Shown here: piece after piece, positions 1-23,594 of the stretch
Layout of the letters: every line of letters begins with the position of its first letter
Position numbering within the stretch: position 1 is the first letter of the stretch
DNA from: the human T2T-CHM13v2.0 reference genome, Homo sapiens
Assembly: GCF_009914755.1 (NCBI RefSeq)
Contig: NC_060943.1
Strand: one strand, 5' to 3'
DNA length: 64,000 nucleotides
Made by a program: the position numbers and the translations under genes
The notes under the pieces: model-generated
The model's database searches: none
The model's input: the letters and a program-made list of their open reading frames with translations, nothing else
What the model was told of the DNA's origin: nothing

Positions 1-539
1 AGGGCAAGAAGAGCAGGGAAGGAGGCCGGCTAATCTTCAGGCCCAGGGTCCGGGAGGGGAGAGGAGGGCCGCTGGGAGGCAGCCCTGCAGTCTTATCGAT
101 GGGCACTGGGGCAGGGTGACCCAGCCCATGACGCCAGCCTCCTGCCCTCCCAACAGCCCTCTCTAATCAGGGCAGCTCCCCCAGACCTAGGGGGTCCCTG
201 ACCCTGGCCAGACAGATAGAGGCAATGCAAGAACAGGGCAGAGACCCCTGACCCTCCAGTCCCACCCAGGCGGCTCCCAACTCTCAACTCCCGGAGCAGC
301 ACCCTCAAACTGCTGACGCACCAGGTTGCCCTGGCAGAACACACAGAGAGAGAGGAGGCTCTAGGGGGCCTGACTGTCCCTCAGCCATAGCTGTCCCAGT
401 TGGTCACCCTAATAGACGAGCTCAGGCTAGACAGACTGACAAAGGAGGCGCTGAGCAGTCACCACCAACCCTCCAGAGGGTTCAGCGTGGCCCGGGGGGT
501 CAGACAAACAAAGGCATTCCCACTAGAAAGTCATGTAGT

Positions 540-1150
540 CAGATGGTGAGGGCCCCGCAGGTCAGACAGCAGCTCTGAGGCAGACAGGGGAGGCTGGACC
601 AAGGGACAGACAGAGGGGATACGGGGCAGTTAAACAGACAGATGGGGGAGGCTCATGGCTCAGGCAGATAGAGAAGCCCTGCACAGTTGGACAGATGGGG
701 GAGGCACTGCACAGTCAGACAGATGGGGGAGGCACAGCACAGTCAGACGGGGGAGGCTCAGGCCATGGGGCAGAAAGACGGGGGATGCTGGATGGTGGGA
801 CAGGCAGGGGAGGCTCAGGAGTGACACCACAGAGGGGCCACTGGGTAGTCAGACAGACGGGGGAGGCTCAGGCCACGGAACAGCCAGAGGGGTGAAAACT
901 CAGCTCATGGGGCAGACAAACAGGGGAGACTTAGGTCCCAGGCAGGCAGAGAGAGGGGGCTGGGTGGTGGGACTGATGGAGGAAGCTCAGGCCATGGGCA
1001 CAGACAGACAGACAGGGGAGGTTCGGGCCAGGGGACAGACAGAGGGGTGAAAACTCAGCTCATAGGGCAGACAGATACATAGGGGAGGTTAAGGCCGTGG
1101 ACAGACAGTGCAGGGAAGCTCGGGCCACGGGACAGACAGACCGAGGGGAG
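540..1150. repeat. Degenerate ~30-bp CAGA/GGGGAGG-rich tandem repeat in MFSD12 intron 1
   Basis: Recurrent cagacagacgggggaggctcaggccatggg-like units; cagaggggtgaaaactcagctcat occurs at ~885 and ~1040. Confidence 0.6.
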
Positions 1151-1169
1151 ACTCCGATCCTGGGGCAGG

Positions 1170-2220
1170 CAGACGGCGGGTGGTGAGTCAGAGGGAGGAG
1201 GCGCCCGGGTCGCGGAGTCTCGGAGGGGCTGCCCGACAGGTGGCGGGGCCGGGACGCTTACCGACCAGGTGCCAGGCCTTGCGCGGGCCGTAGCGGGCGC
1301 AGCAGCTGGCGGCGCGGTCGGCCTCGTAGCCCACGAGCGGTGTGCACAGCCCGTCGGCCACCTGGCCCAGCAGCAGCAGCAGCCCCGCGCCGCGGGAGCT
1401 GTAGGCGCGCACCGAGTGCAGGTAGAGCAGCAGGTAGGTGAACCACATGGACGCGCACAGGTCGTTGAGGAAGTGGCCCACGGCGTAGCTCAGCCGCGCC
1501 ACCAGGGACAGCGGCCGCGGGGACGGCGCCGCTCCGGCCGCTGGGGGTCCCGGGCCCATCGCGGCGCCGGGCCCGCGCCCCCCACCCCCGGGCTCCGCGG
1601 AGGGTACCCTGGCCAGGCCTTCTTGGGTGCCGTGGGGGCAGGCGCCGGGGACCCCCACCACGCGCCGGGCACCCCGCGTCCCGCTCTCTTACGGCCGCGC
1701 CCTCACCCACGTCCGCCGCGTCCGCCCCACGCTCGACTCTGCAGCCGCCGGGCCCCAGAGCCGGGCGACTGCGCCGGGCGGGGCAGGGCGGGGAGGTTCC
1801 GGTGCCTGAGCCAATCGGAGCCGCGCCCCGGGGAACCGCAGCCAATCGCCAAGGAGAGAGGAGAGGGGCGTGGCCGCAGGGCTCGTTCCGCCTCTACGAC
1901 GGGCGCCCACGCGGTCCTAGCGCCCGCCGGGTATGAGGGCGAACCCCGAGCGCGCCGCAGGAGTGGCCGGCACCCCCATAGACTGGGGAAGGAAATGGAC
2001 CAGAGGGCACCGCCGGCTCCCACCCAGACCCGGCCTCCAGGCCCGCACCACCCCAGTCCACCCGGAGCTGGACAGCCCACTGCGGGCCGGGGTGGAGCGA
2101 GTGGGACGGGCTCTGGATTTGGGGTTGGGGGGAGGTCTGAGCCCGAGCTGGCCTCGGGGTCCGCTGACTCCCCGGCCTAGAGAGACGCGATCGGGCGCGG
2201 AGAGGACGCAACAACACTAA
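1170..2220 (-). promoter_or_regulatory. MFSD12: CpG island / MFSD12 promoter
   Basis: CpG-dense; two AGCCAATCG (CCAAT) boxes at ~1809 and ~1840; GC box GGGGCGTGGC at ~1865. Confidence 0.8.
1262..1559 (-). CDS. MFSD12: MFSD12 coding exon 1 (MFS transporter, lysosomal/melanosomal cysteine importer)
   Basis: [48 protein letters not shown]...KAWHLV; ATG at 1559; donor G|GTAAGC at 1261; rest of the gene lies left of the window. Confidence 0.95.
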
Positions 2221-2554
2221 TTAATTGGTTACTAACGGTAATGATGGGGGTAATCAACATAATAGTACCAGCTGGCCTTTAACGAGCGTTGCCTGCAAAG
2301 AGCCCCACGTGGTGACGCAAATTTCACTCTCATTTTACAGGCGAGGAACAGAGTTGCCCGAGGCTCGCAGTGAGTCAGGCGTCTGTGACTCCCAGGCCTG
2401 TGCGCGCGACCCTCCCCGTCCAACCAACGTCCTCCCACAAACGGGTCACCGGACTGAGGGTTTCAAGTTCCTCCAGGGGGTGTGTGCGGTTCCCCCTAAC
2501 TCAGGCCCTACTCCTTCCAGCAGCATTTTCTCTTCTTTCCTCTTTTTATTTATT

Positions 2555-7750
<5,196 letters not shown>

Positions 7751-8664
7751 CATGAGCCTCGGCACCTGGCCTCTGTTTTTGTCCCTTTGAAGCCAGCTAA
7801 TATTTCCTAGCCCTGACTTTGTGGGGTGAGCAGGAACTAGGTCTGACCTCTTGCTGAGGAGCCCCAAAGATTCTGAAGCCCCTGCTTTTGAGGGGAGACA
7901 GGGATGACCCCTCCCAGTTCCCCTCATCAGGGACAGGACTGGAGGAGTCAGACCAAGAAGGGCGGTTACAAGGTAGGTGAGGAGTTGGGACATTACCCTG
8001 AGGTCACTAGGGAGCCATGGTAGGGGTTAGAGGGAGGGTGGGACTGAGTCAGATTAAAAAGTCCAGTGGGAGATGAGGAAGGGCTTCTTCCAAATGAAGG
8101 CCTCAGCTGCGTGCGTGGGGAAGCCACAGGAGAGGACACGTGCCCCAACAAGAGTGGGGGTTGGACGTGGGGGTAAAGATCAGAGAAGGCCCTGTCTAGA
8201 GATGTCAGGAAGGCATGATGAAAGCTCAGGCCCTCGGGGTAGGACAGAGGAGTCAGGAGAGATCCTCACAGTCTGATGTCCCCAGCCCATCACCAGCAGC
8301 CCCCTGACGCCAAGCCTGCGTTCCCCCTCCCCTGGCCGGACATCGGATGTCCTGATGGCCGCAGTCCAGCCTCGGGGTGGGGTGGGGAATGTCAAGTACT
8401 AGAGGCTTCCTTGATCTTCTGTGACCCAGGCCTGGGGTGACAGAGGTGGGGGGGTGGGCAGTGAGGGTTCCTGAGGCTGCACTGAAACTTCCTTATATCT
8501 GAGGGTGGCCACGGTGGAGGCGGGGGAGCAGGGGAGCAAAGCCAGGATCAAATCTGGGCAGTCCCTGACAAGCCACCAAGCTTCAGTTGCCCTCTCTGTA
8601 AAATGGGGGTGAGGTGAGAGTAACCGAACCAAACAGAATACCAGGAGGCTTCAACCACACAACT

Positions 8665-9995
<1,331 letters not shown>

Positions 9996-10009
9996 CCTCG
10001 GTACTCCTG

Positions 10010-10172
10010 ACGTTTGGGACATCATTTTTTGTGGTGGGGGCCGTGTAGGATCTCTGGCCTCAACCGTGTAGATGCCAGTAGCACCCCCCTAGTCCGACAA
10101 TGAAAAATCTCTCTAGACATTACTAGGTATTTCCTGGCGTGACAGAGTTGGCCCCGGATGAGAACCACTGAG
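10010..10172. mobile_element. MER20 DNA transposon remnant
   Basis: gatgccagtagcacccc...gacaatgaaaaat...gagaaccactg signature. Confidence 0.65.
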
Positions 10173-10745
10173 CTAGAGCGTTTTCTGTAACAGGTGTTTG
10201 ATTCTCCCTGGACAATCCCAGCCAGCAACGTCATAAAGGTAGACAAAGCAATTATCCCACTTAACAGATGGAGAAACTGAGGCACAGAAGTTGAGTAAAT
10301 TGCCCAAGTCCCACAGTTGAGGCTCAGATTGCTTCCCTGAGTTCCTGAGGGCCCAGCAGCAGTGGGGTGCCCCTCCTCAGAGGCCTGAGATCCCTGTCCC
10401 ACCAGCCCTGTGTTCTGCCAGCCCCGGGGCCAGGGGATGCTAGGGGCAGTAGCTCTCTTTCCGCTTCCCTGTCGCCTTCTCAGCTCTCCAGCATCTGTTT
10501 AAGCAATGCCTGTATGAAGTTGCCTCTATAAAAAGCCCCAGGAGGCTTGAGATTGTCCGTGGCCTGGGAGAACCAACCACACCCTGACTCTCCCTGGGTG
10601 GTGGAGAAAAGTCCACACATCCATGTTGATTAATATCTATTAAAAATTTAAGGTCAGGCGCGGTGGCTCATGCCTGTAATCCCAGCACTTTGGGAGGCCG
10701 AGGCGGGCGGATCGCGAGGTCAGGAGATTGAGACCATCCTGGCTA

Positions 10746-11015
<270 letters not shown>

Positions 11016-11223
11016 TCACGAGGCCAGGAGTTTGAGACCAGCCTGGCCAACATGGCAAAACCTCATCTCCACTAAAAGTACAAAAATTAGTCTCGCATGG
11101 CGATGTGTGCCTGTAACCCTGGCTACTCTGAAGGCTGAGGCACGTGAATCACTTGAACACGGGAGGTGGAGGTTGCAGGGAGGTGGAGGTTGCAGGGAGC
11201 TGAGACTGAGCCACTGCACTCTA

Positions 11224-11469
<246 letters not shown>

Positions 11470-11543
11470 TTATTGAGTAAACAGAACTGGTTGCAGTTGA
11501 AGCTTACAGCATGAAGGCACTGGTATAATACACAGCAGAATAG

Positions 11544-11795
<252 letters not shown>

Positions 11796-12225
11796 TGAAA
11801 CCTCTGCCTCCCAGGTTCAAGCAATTCTTGTGCCGCAGCTTCCTGAGTAGCTGGAGCTACAGGTGTGCACCACCATGCGTGGCTACTTTTTGTATTTTTA
11901 GTACAGACAGGGTTTTGCCATGTTGGCCAGGCTGTTCTTGAAATCCTGACCTCAGGTGATCGGCCCACTTTGGCTTCTCAAAGTGCTGAGATTACAGGCG
12001 GGAGCCACCACGCCCAGCCTATATTTTTATTTATTTATTTACTATTTTTTGAGAGGGAGTCTCGCTCTGTCACCCAGGCTGGAGTGCAGTGGCACGATCT
12101 CAGCTCACTGCAACCTCCGCCTCTAGGTTCAAGTGATTCTCCTGCCTCAGCCTTCTGAGTAGCTGGGACTACAGGCGTGCACCCCCATGCCCAGCTAATT
12201 TTTGTGGTTTTACTTTTTTGTAGAA

Positions 12226-12433
<208 letters not shown>

Positions 12434-12492
12434 AGAGTTTCAACTGTAAGCAAAAATGACTAAATAAAAAATATATATTCACGTTAAAAAAA
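12434..12492 (+). pseudogene. RPS7: Second, oppositely oriented copy of the RPS7 3' end
   Basis: agagtttcaactgtaagcaaaaatgactaaataaaaaatatatattcacgtt plus A run; near reverse complement of 12236-12288. Confidence 0.85.
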
Positions 12493-12510
12493 TTTTTTTT
12501 TTTTTTTTGA

Positions 12511-12723
<213 letters not shown>

Positions 12724-12964
12724 TGATCCTCCCACCTCAGCCTCCCAAAGTGCTGGGATTACAGGTGTGAGCCACCGTGCCTGGCAATTTTTGTGTTTTT
12801 AGTAGGGACAGGGTTTCTCCATGTTGGCCAGGCTGGTGTCAAATTCCTGACCTCCAGCGATCCACCCACCTCGGCCTCCCACAGTGCTGGCATTACAGGC
12901 GTGAGCCACCGCGCCCAGCCCACGTCTTTATTAGGAATACGCACATGTGTACGTGTGTAGGCAT

Positions 12965-14702
<1,738 letters not shown>

Positions 14703-14904
14703 TTAAATTGTTATTGACTATGGCCGGGAGGGGTGGCTCCACACCCAGCCTCACCTAGACTATTTTTAAGTGAGCAGAGAGACACAGGGGAGGCCTGGGA
14801 GGTCAGAGAGCTGATTAAGCAACAGAGCCAGGTCTGGCGTGTGGAACCGTCCAGATTCCAGGGCCAGCTCCTCTTCCTCAGCCCCGGGCTGCATCTTAGG
14901 ACAA

Positions 14905-15800
<896 letters not shown>

Positions 15801-17465
15801 CTCCTAGACATCTGAAGGATTCAATGAATGTGTATTGAGCATCCACCATGGGCAATGCTGTGAACCAAACAGGCAGGCCACAGGGAGAAGCCGACTTATG
15901 GAGGCAAAAAAAAAATCAGAGAAGGCCTGGCTGAGCAAGTGACATTTAAGCGGACTTGAGGAAGAGGAAGTGGGCCGGGCGTGGGGGCTCACGTCTGTAA
16001 TCCCACCACTTTGGGAGGCCGAGGCGGGTGGATCACGAGGTCAGGAGTTCAAGACCAGCCTGGCCAAGATGGTGAAACCCTGTCTCTACTAAAAATACAA
16101 AAATTAGCCGGGCGTGGTGGCAGGCGCGTGTAATCCCAGCTACTCGGGAGGGTGAGGCAGAGAATTGCTTGAACCCGGGAGGCAGAGGTTGCAGTGAGCC
16201 GAGATCCAGCCACTGCACTCCACCCTGGACGACAGGGTGAGACTCCGTCTCAAAAACAAAAGAGGAGGTGAGCAGCCCCAACTTGGGCCAGAAGCCTAGA
16301 CTGCTGCTGGGAGGTCCCTGATCCACCAGAGCGGAGCCTCCTGACCCATCCTCACGAAGTCCTTGCCATCTCCCTTCACCACCATCTTTCCCCAAACACT
16401 TCCAGCCCAGCTCCCAACCCCACCCCCTGCCTGACCCACACCCAGTTCTCAGCTTCCCAGCATCCCAGTCTCTCTGTCCTGGATATCGTGTGATGTCCCC
16501 GTTGCACAGGGGGGAAAGCCGAGACCCCAGAGGGAGAGCAGCCCCTATGGCCAGAAGCCCTCGGATCCGGACGTCGGGGGCTCTAAACTGAGTAAATACA
16601 TAGGAAACTTCTCCGCTAGGTTTTGCAGGATGTTAAGAACAGGTCCCACCTTGCCTAGGGCTGGGGACTGCCTCGCAGGACCTTAACCCTAGCAACCCAC
16701 CTCCGTCCCCATGGCAACCGGGGCGGGGCCCGACCCGGATCCGCCGGTCGCCCCATCCGGCAGCGGCTGGGAGTCTTGCCTTCAGAGAGGGAGGAGGAGT
16801 CCGCGCCTCTCCTACTGGCCCTTTAAGAGGCTCCGCCCGGCAAGTCCGCCACTCGCTCCCGATTGGTCCCGAGCGCGGCCGAGCGCAGCCGAACTTGACG
16901 CACCGCCCGCAGCCTTCCTTACCAACCTCCCACGCGACTCAGCAACCTCCCCAACCAATCGCCGGCCGGCGCGCCGATCGGTATCTGCATGGGCTCGCCC
17001 GGGGGGAAGGTCTCACCCAATGGGACCGTTCGCCGAGGCCTTCATTAGCATGCCGGGGGCGGGGAGGGGCGGGGCGGCCGACGGGGGCGGGCTGCGGGCG
17101 GTTGGTTGGAGCGTCGCGCAGTCGGGAGGTCCGGGAAAGTTTCTTTGGAGGTGAAAACAGCCGCGGAACTCCGGGCCCTGAGAGGGGGCGGGGGTGCAGG
17201 GGTCCCAGGGCCGGGCCGGGGTCTTTCCTGGCCCGGGGGAAACCGGCCCAGGCCTCCCGGGGGGGGCAATCGCCCAACAAAGGATTCTTGGGGCGCCCGC
17301 CCTCGAGGACTTCCCTGCCCCTGGATCCGGCCCCCCCAGCGCTCCGGGCCCGGCATCCCGGGGCTCTCCATCGCGGGGTACCCCAGTTCGCGGTCTGCCA
17401 TCGGGCAGCCCGGGCGCTACTCACCTCCGCCCGCGTCCGTGTTCCAGGTCCGGCCCGGAGCGGCC

Positions 17466-17503
17466 ATGTCCCACGGCCCCAAGCAGCCCGGCGCGGCCGC
17501 CGC
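17466..17503 (+). CDS. HMG20B: HMG20B first coding exon
   Basis: GCC-ATG, MSHGPKQPGAAA; acceptor AG ends 17447; donor GC|GTGAGT. Confidence 0.92.
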
Positions 17504-17847
17504 GTGAGTGCACTGATCCCCTCCCCACGCCCTCGCTACTTTCCCGGCTGCAGCCCTAGCTCCTGAACCCCTGACCCAGTCCCTCCCGCCGGAGTCTTGA
17601 CTCCCCCACCTGGGTCAGGGGGCTTCTCCCTCCACCCAATTCTGCACCCCCCACCTCGGCCTCCAGTCCCTCCCAGGAGCCCCGCTTGTCCCACCTTCCC
17701 CGGATACTGACCCCATCAGACCCTGCCTCCTCGGGCTCATGCACTCTCGCTGCAGCCCCGCCGTCGGGGGTCAAAACGCCCTGGGGTGGGCTTTTGGGGG
17801 AGGGGAGATTCTTGGGACGGGGCTGACCGCGGTATCCTTGGCTCCAG

Positions 17848-17956
17848 GCCGGCGGGCGGCAAGGCTCCGGGCCAGCATGGGGGCTTCGTGGTGACTGTCA
17901 AGCAAGAGCGCGGCGAGGGTCCACGCGCGGGCGAGAAGGGGTCCCACGAGGAGGAG
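17848..17956 (+). CDS. HMG20B: HMG20B coding exon 2
   Basis: [36 protein letters not shown]; CAG|...|GTGAGA. Confidence 0.93.
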
Positions 17957-18484
17957 GTGAGAGTCCCTGCGCTGAGCTGGGGGAGGCCCCGGGCTCCCGC
18001 CCCAGCCTCGAAGCCCCGCCCCAGGCTGGATTTAAATTGCTTGTGGCTCCGCCCACAGCCCATTTTCCTCTGGAAGCTGAGACCCCGCCCCGTGCCAGCT
18101 GCCACGCCCCTGACAGGTCCTCTGCCACTCTAAGTCCAGGCCCCGCCCACCGCACAATGCCAGCTCTGCCCACTCTAAGGTCCCGCCCACTTCCACTCCT
18201 TGGGGGCGGCACCCTCCCCTTGGTCCTGTGGGCCCGTTCTCCAGCAGAAAACCACGCCCACCAAGCAGAGGCCACGCCCACAACCGAAGTCAACGCCAAC
18301 CCTGTACTCAAACCTCGGCCCATAGTTCCTCAGATCCCCTCACCCCTGGCCAGGGATCCCTCTAACCCACCGTGTCCCGACTGCTGACCGGGCCCTACCT
18401 CCATCTTTTCCGGGTTCTTCCTCCCAGCTAGGCCCCGCCCCCATCCCCGCCCATACGCGTTAGGCCCCGCCCATGCCCCTCTGA

Positions 18485-19199
<715 letters not shown>

Positions 19200-19695
19200 T
19201 AGCAAGAGGCAAGACAGATTGAAAACTGGATGACCAACAAAGATATGTCTAAGAAGTCAGGATGGGGCCTGGATTTTTTGCGAAACCCGATTTTCATATC
19301 CTGTTAGTTTAAAAATTGCAAAAACATCACGGAAATGTAACAAAAGCCATCACTGCTTTGCATCCCTGTAAGTGAGATTTCAAAGAGAGAAACGGGTGCG
19401 GGAGGGAGTCCAGGCATCCGCATACGCTGGAGGTTGGGTTCCTGCCCATGACTCTGGCGTCCGGGAGTGGTTTGTCAGGGCTGGAGGTGGGGAAGAGTCC
19501 GGGGCATGGGAAGTGAGGTGGGAGCTCGGAGGTCCCTGAGCAACAGGCTGAGGAGCCGGTTCTGTCTGCCTGGAGGGAATAGGGAGCTATAGAAGGTTCA
19601 GGAGAGGGGAGGGTGCTGTGAAAGCAGAGTGATAAAGACTGGATCCTGGCGTTGGAGGCTTCCCCTGCTTCAAGCCTTCTGGTGCTGCCCCCCAG

Positions 19696-20516
<821 letters not shown>

Positions 20517-20708
20517 CTAGAACCCTGAGTCAGAGCCAGTGCTCGCCCAGATGTGTGCAAGCAGGGGCGGTGCCACTGCACCGTGGGATCGCTGTTGATT
20601 GTACTCCCACCGGGGTGTCCCAGGAGACCCTCCTAGGCTTGGGGCACACCCAGAGAGCGTGGCTGCCTCCTACCACCAGTAAATTGCCACCTTGTCCCTT
20701 CGTCTTAG

Positions 20709-20781
20709 GGTGGGGACTGCGATGGCTTCTCCACCTTCGATGTTCCCATCTTCACTGAAGAGTTCTTGGACCAAAACAAAG
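20709..20781 (+). CDS. HMG20B: HMG20B coding exon 6
   Basis: GGDCDGFSTFDVPIFTEEFLDQNK; TAG|...G|GTGAGC. Confidence 0.95.
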
Positions 20782-21047
20782 GTGAGCGGTAACTGCGCTC
20801 CTGATGCGAACTCCGTGAAACTGGGTGGTAGAGGGGGGCGTGGGCCAGGAGGGCCCCAAGACTGCAGGAGGCGGATCGGGAGGTTCCCTATGAGCGTCCA
20901 GGCGCACGCTGTCGCTCCAGAGGCTGATGTGGAGCAGGAGGCAGAGGGCGCAGTGAGGGAAACCTGGGCAGGGGCACGTCCCGGGCAAAAGCCCGGAGGT
21001 AGGGGAAAGGGGAGGCGCAGGCTTTGACCCCGCTCCCCCCGGCGCAG

Positions 21048-21263
21048 CGCGTGAGGCGGAGCTTCGGCGCTTGCGGAAGATGAATGTGGCCTTCGAGGAG
21101 CAGAACGCGGTACTGCAGAGGCACACGCAGAGCATGAGCAGCGCGCGCGAGCGTCTGGAGCAGGAGCTGGCGCTGGAGGAGCGGAGGACGCTGGCGCTGC
21201 AGCAGCAGCTCCAGGCCGTGCGCCAGGCGCTCACCGCCAGCTTCGCCTCACTGCCGGTGCCGG
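21048..21263 (+). CDS. HMG20B: HMG20B coding exon 7 (coiled coil)
   Basis: [72 protein letters not shown]. Confidence 0.96.
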
Positions 21264-22136
21264 GTGCGGGCCACGCCCATCTCCCAGTCCCGCCCCGGTC
21301 ACCCGGCCCCGCCCGCCTCCCCCCCCCTCCTCCCTTCCCCCCTTCCCCTGTCGCCCGGCGCCGCCCATCGCCCCGTCCCCTCTTCCCCAGTCACCCGGCC
21401 CCGCCTATCGCCCCGCCCTCATCACCCCCAGCTCCGCCTCCTCCCCGACCCCCGCACCCCTACCCCATAGCTCCGTCTGGTTCTTCCCAGACCACACCCG
21501 AGCTCCGCTCCGCGCCCCGTTACTCGGCCGGCTCCCTGACCTCGCCCCCACCGACCGCGCCTCCCGGCCACGACCTCTCCCGACGCGTCCCCGCTTACTC
21601 GCTTCCTCCCGCAGCCCCTTTGTGCCCCCACCCTTCGCGCCCCCACCGCTCCCTACCGGCCCCACCGTCGCTGGCCCCTCTCCCTCGCCAGCCCCCGACC
21701 AGCCTGAGCACTGACCCAGCCTCCCCGCTCGCCACGCCACGTTCCCATTCACCCCACCTCCCCACGCCCCCGTCACCCATCCCTCCCCACGCCCCGCTGA
21801 CGCCTGAGCCCCCTCCACCACCCCAGTCACGTCCCACGCGACCCCAGCCCCCCGGTGTCATCCCCACCTCCCCGACCTCGTTCCCTCCGTCCGTGACTGT
21901 CCTCAGCGGACCCTGGACGCCCGCCGCTCTAGCCCCGCGTCCCCACCCTGTCCCCGTCCTCGCCATCCTCCTGCCCCGGCTTACCTTAGCCCACCCTGCG
22001 CCGCTCCTGCGCTGGCGGTGTCCGGACCTCTGAGCGCCCGCGCGACCCGCCCTGAGTCACCCCCTACCGCTGCCCCTGGAGCCCCCGCCCCGCGACTCCC
22101 CGGCACCCTCGCCTGACCTTCCCGCCTGTCCCCCAG

Positions 22137-22269
22137 GCACGGGCGAAACGCCCACGCTGGGCACTCTGGACTTCTACATGGCCCGGCTTCACGGAGCCAT
22201 CGAGCGCGACCCCGCCCAGCACGAGAAGCTCATCGTCCGCATCAAGGAAATCCTGGCCCAGGTCGCCAG
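22137..22269 (+). CDS. HMG20B: HMG20B coding exon 8
   Basis: [44 protein letters not shown]. Confidence 0.95.
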
Positions 22270-22664
22270 GTGTGTGCCGGGCGAGGCGGGGCGGGGCCGG
22301 GGTTCAAGGCCCGGATGTGCCCGCCCTGGGGTTCCCCAGGTCCGCGAGGGCTGCTGGGTGGGACTCCGCAGCTTACTAGAGATCACCTCCCGGAGGGGCC
22401 TACCTGCGGTCGCCCCTGATGCACCAGTGCTAGGATGGCCATGGAGAACCCCGGGCCGGCGGGACCCACTCGGGGGCACCAGAACTTCCCTAAAGCTTCT
22501 CAGGGTGGATCCCAGCGCCCGGGTTAGATAGGTTCAACGCCTGTCCCCCAACCCTGGCATCTGTTGGAGCAGCTGATGGGCCATGGTCTCTGGGGTTCCC
22601 CAGGGCCGGGGTGGGGGCCAGAGATGATGAGGGCCTCATCCCGGGCCCTCCTCTCTCGTTTCAG

Positions 22665-22677
22665 CGAGCACCTGTGA
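22665..22677 (+). CDS. HMG20B: HMG20B last coding exon (SEHL*)
   Basis: ctctctcgtttcag|C GAG CAC CTG TGA; summed CDS 954 nt = 317 aa. Confidence 0.9.
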
Positions 22678-23210
22678 GGAGTGGGCGGGCCCACGATGCA
22701 GAGGAGAAGCTGTGGGCGCGGCCCTGCCACACCCCACCCCGTGGACGAGAGGCTGGGGGTCCACCCTTTGGGGCCTGGTCCCATCCTGCACCTTGGGGGC
22801 TCCAGCCCCCCTAAAATTAAATTTCTGCAGCATCCCTTTAGCTTTCAATCTCCCCAGCCCCCTGAACCCGGAAAAAGCACTCGCTGCGCGATACACCCAG
22901 AAGAACCTCACAGCCGAGGGTGCCCCTCCTCGGAGGACAGCCACGCGCTACACTGGCTCTCCGGGCCACCCCCAGGACACAGGGCAGACGAAACCCACCC
23001 CCAGCACACGGCAGGACCCCCCAAATTACTCACTACGGGGGGCTGTGCCATAGGCCACACAGGAAGCTGCCTTGTGGGGACTTACCTGGGGTGTCCCCCG
23101 CATGCCTGTACCCCAGATGGGTGGGGGCCGGCTTTGCCCATCCTGCTCTCCTCCAGCCGAGGGACCCTGGTGGGGGTGGCTCCTTCTCACTGCTGGATCC
23201 GGACTTTTTA

Positions 23211-23216
23211 AATAAA
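23211..23216 (+). terminator. HMG20B: HMG20B polyadenylation signal
   Basis: AATAAA followed by a GT/T-rich downstream element. Confidence 0.85.
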
Positions 23217-23594
23217 AACAAGTAAAATTTGTGTTTTAAGCTTGTGAGTGTGTAAGCTTGTTTGGGGTGGTGTGGAGGGTTCAGAAGGTGCAGCCTGGGC
23301 CCCCCATGACATTCCCTGCTGGGGGCGCCAGGCCTGCTCTCTTTACCTCTAGCAGAGCCTCAGAGTTTCTCAGATAGGGAGACGGGAGCCCAAACTTGCC
23401 GGGGTTCACAGAGCAAGTCAATGGCTGGGCAGGTGTCTCCATCCCTCCCCTACCTAAAGTTGGGCATTGTGGGCTCAGCACACGTGGGGGACTTGAAGCA
23501 CAGGGGACAGTCACGGCTGCTCAGTTCATCCTTCAACTTGTGTCCGCACGGGGGTTCAAGTCCACTTTGTAGCACAGTGACTTTGGGTGGGCCA

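Noticed and set aside
1269-2220. Long Gly/Pro/Arg/Ala ORFs over the MFSD12 promoter (and similar ones over the HMG20B and TBXA2R islands)
   Set aside because: Stop-poor CpG-island sequence or antisense shadows of real exons.
21264-22033. Pro-rich extension of the 320-aa ORF
   Set aside because: Read-through into a C-rich intron; openness is explained by base composition.
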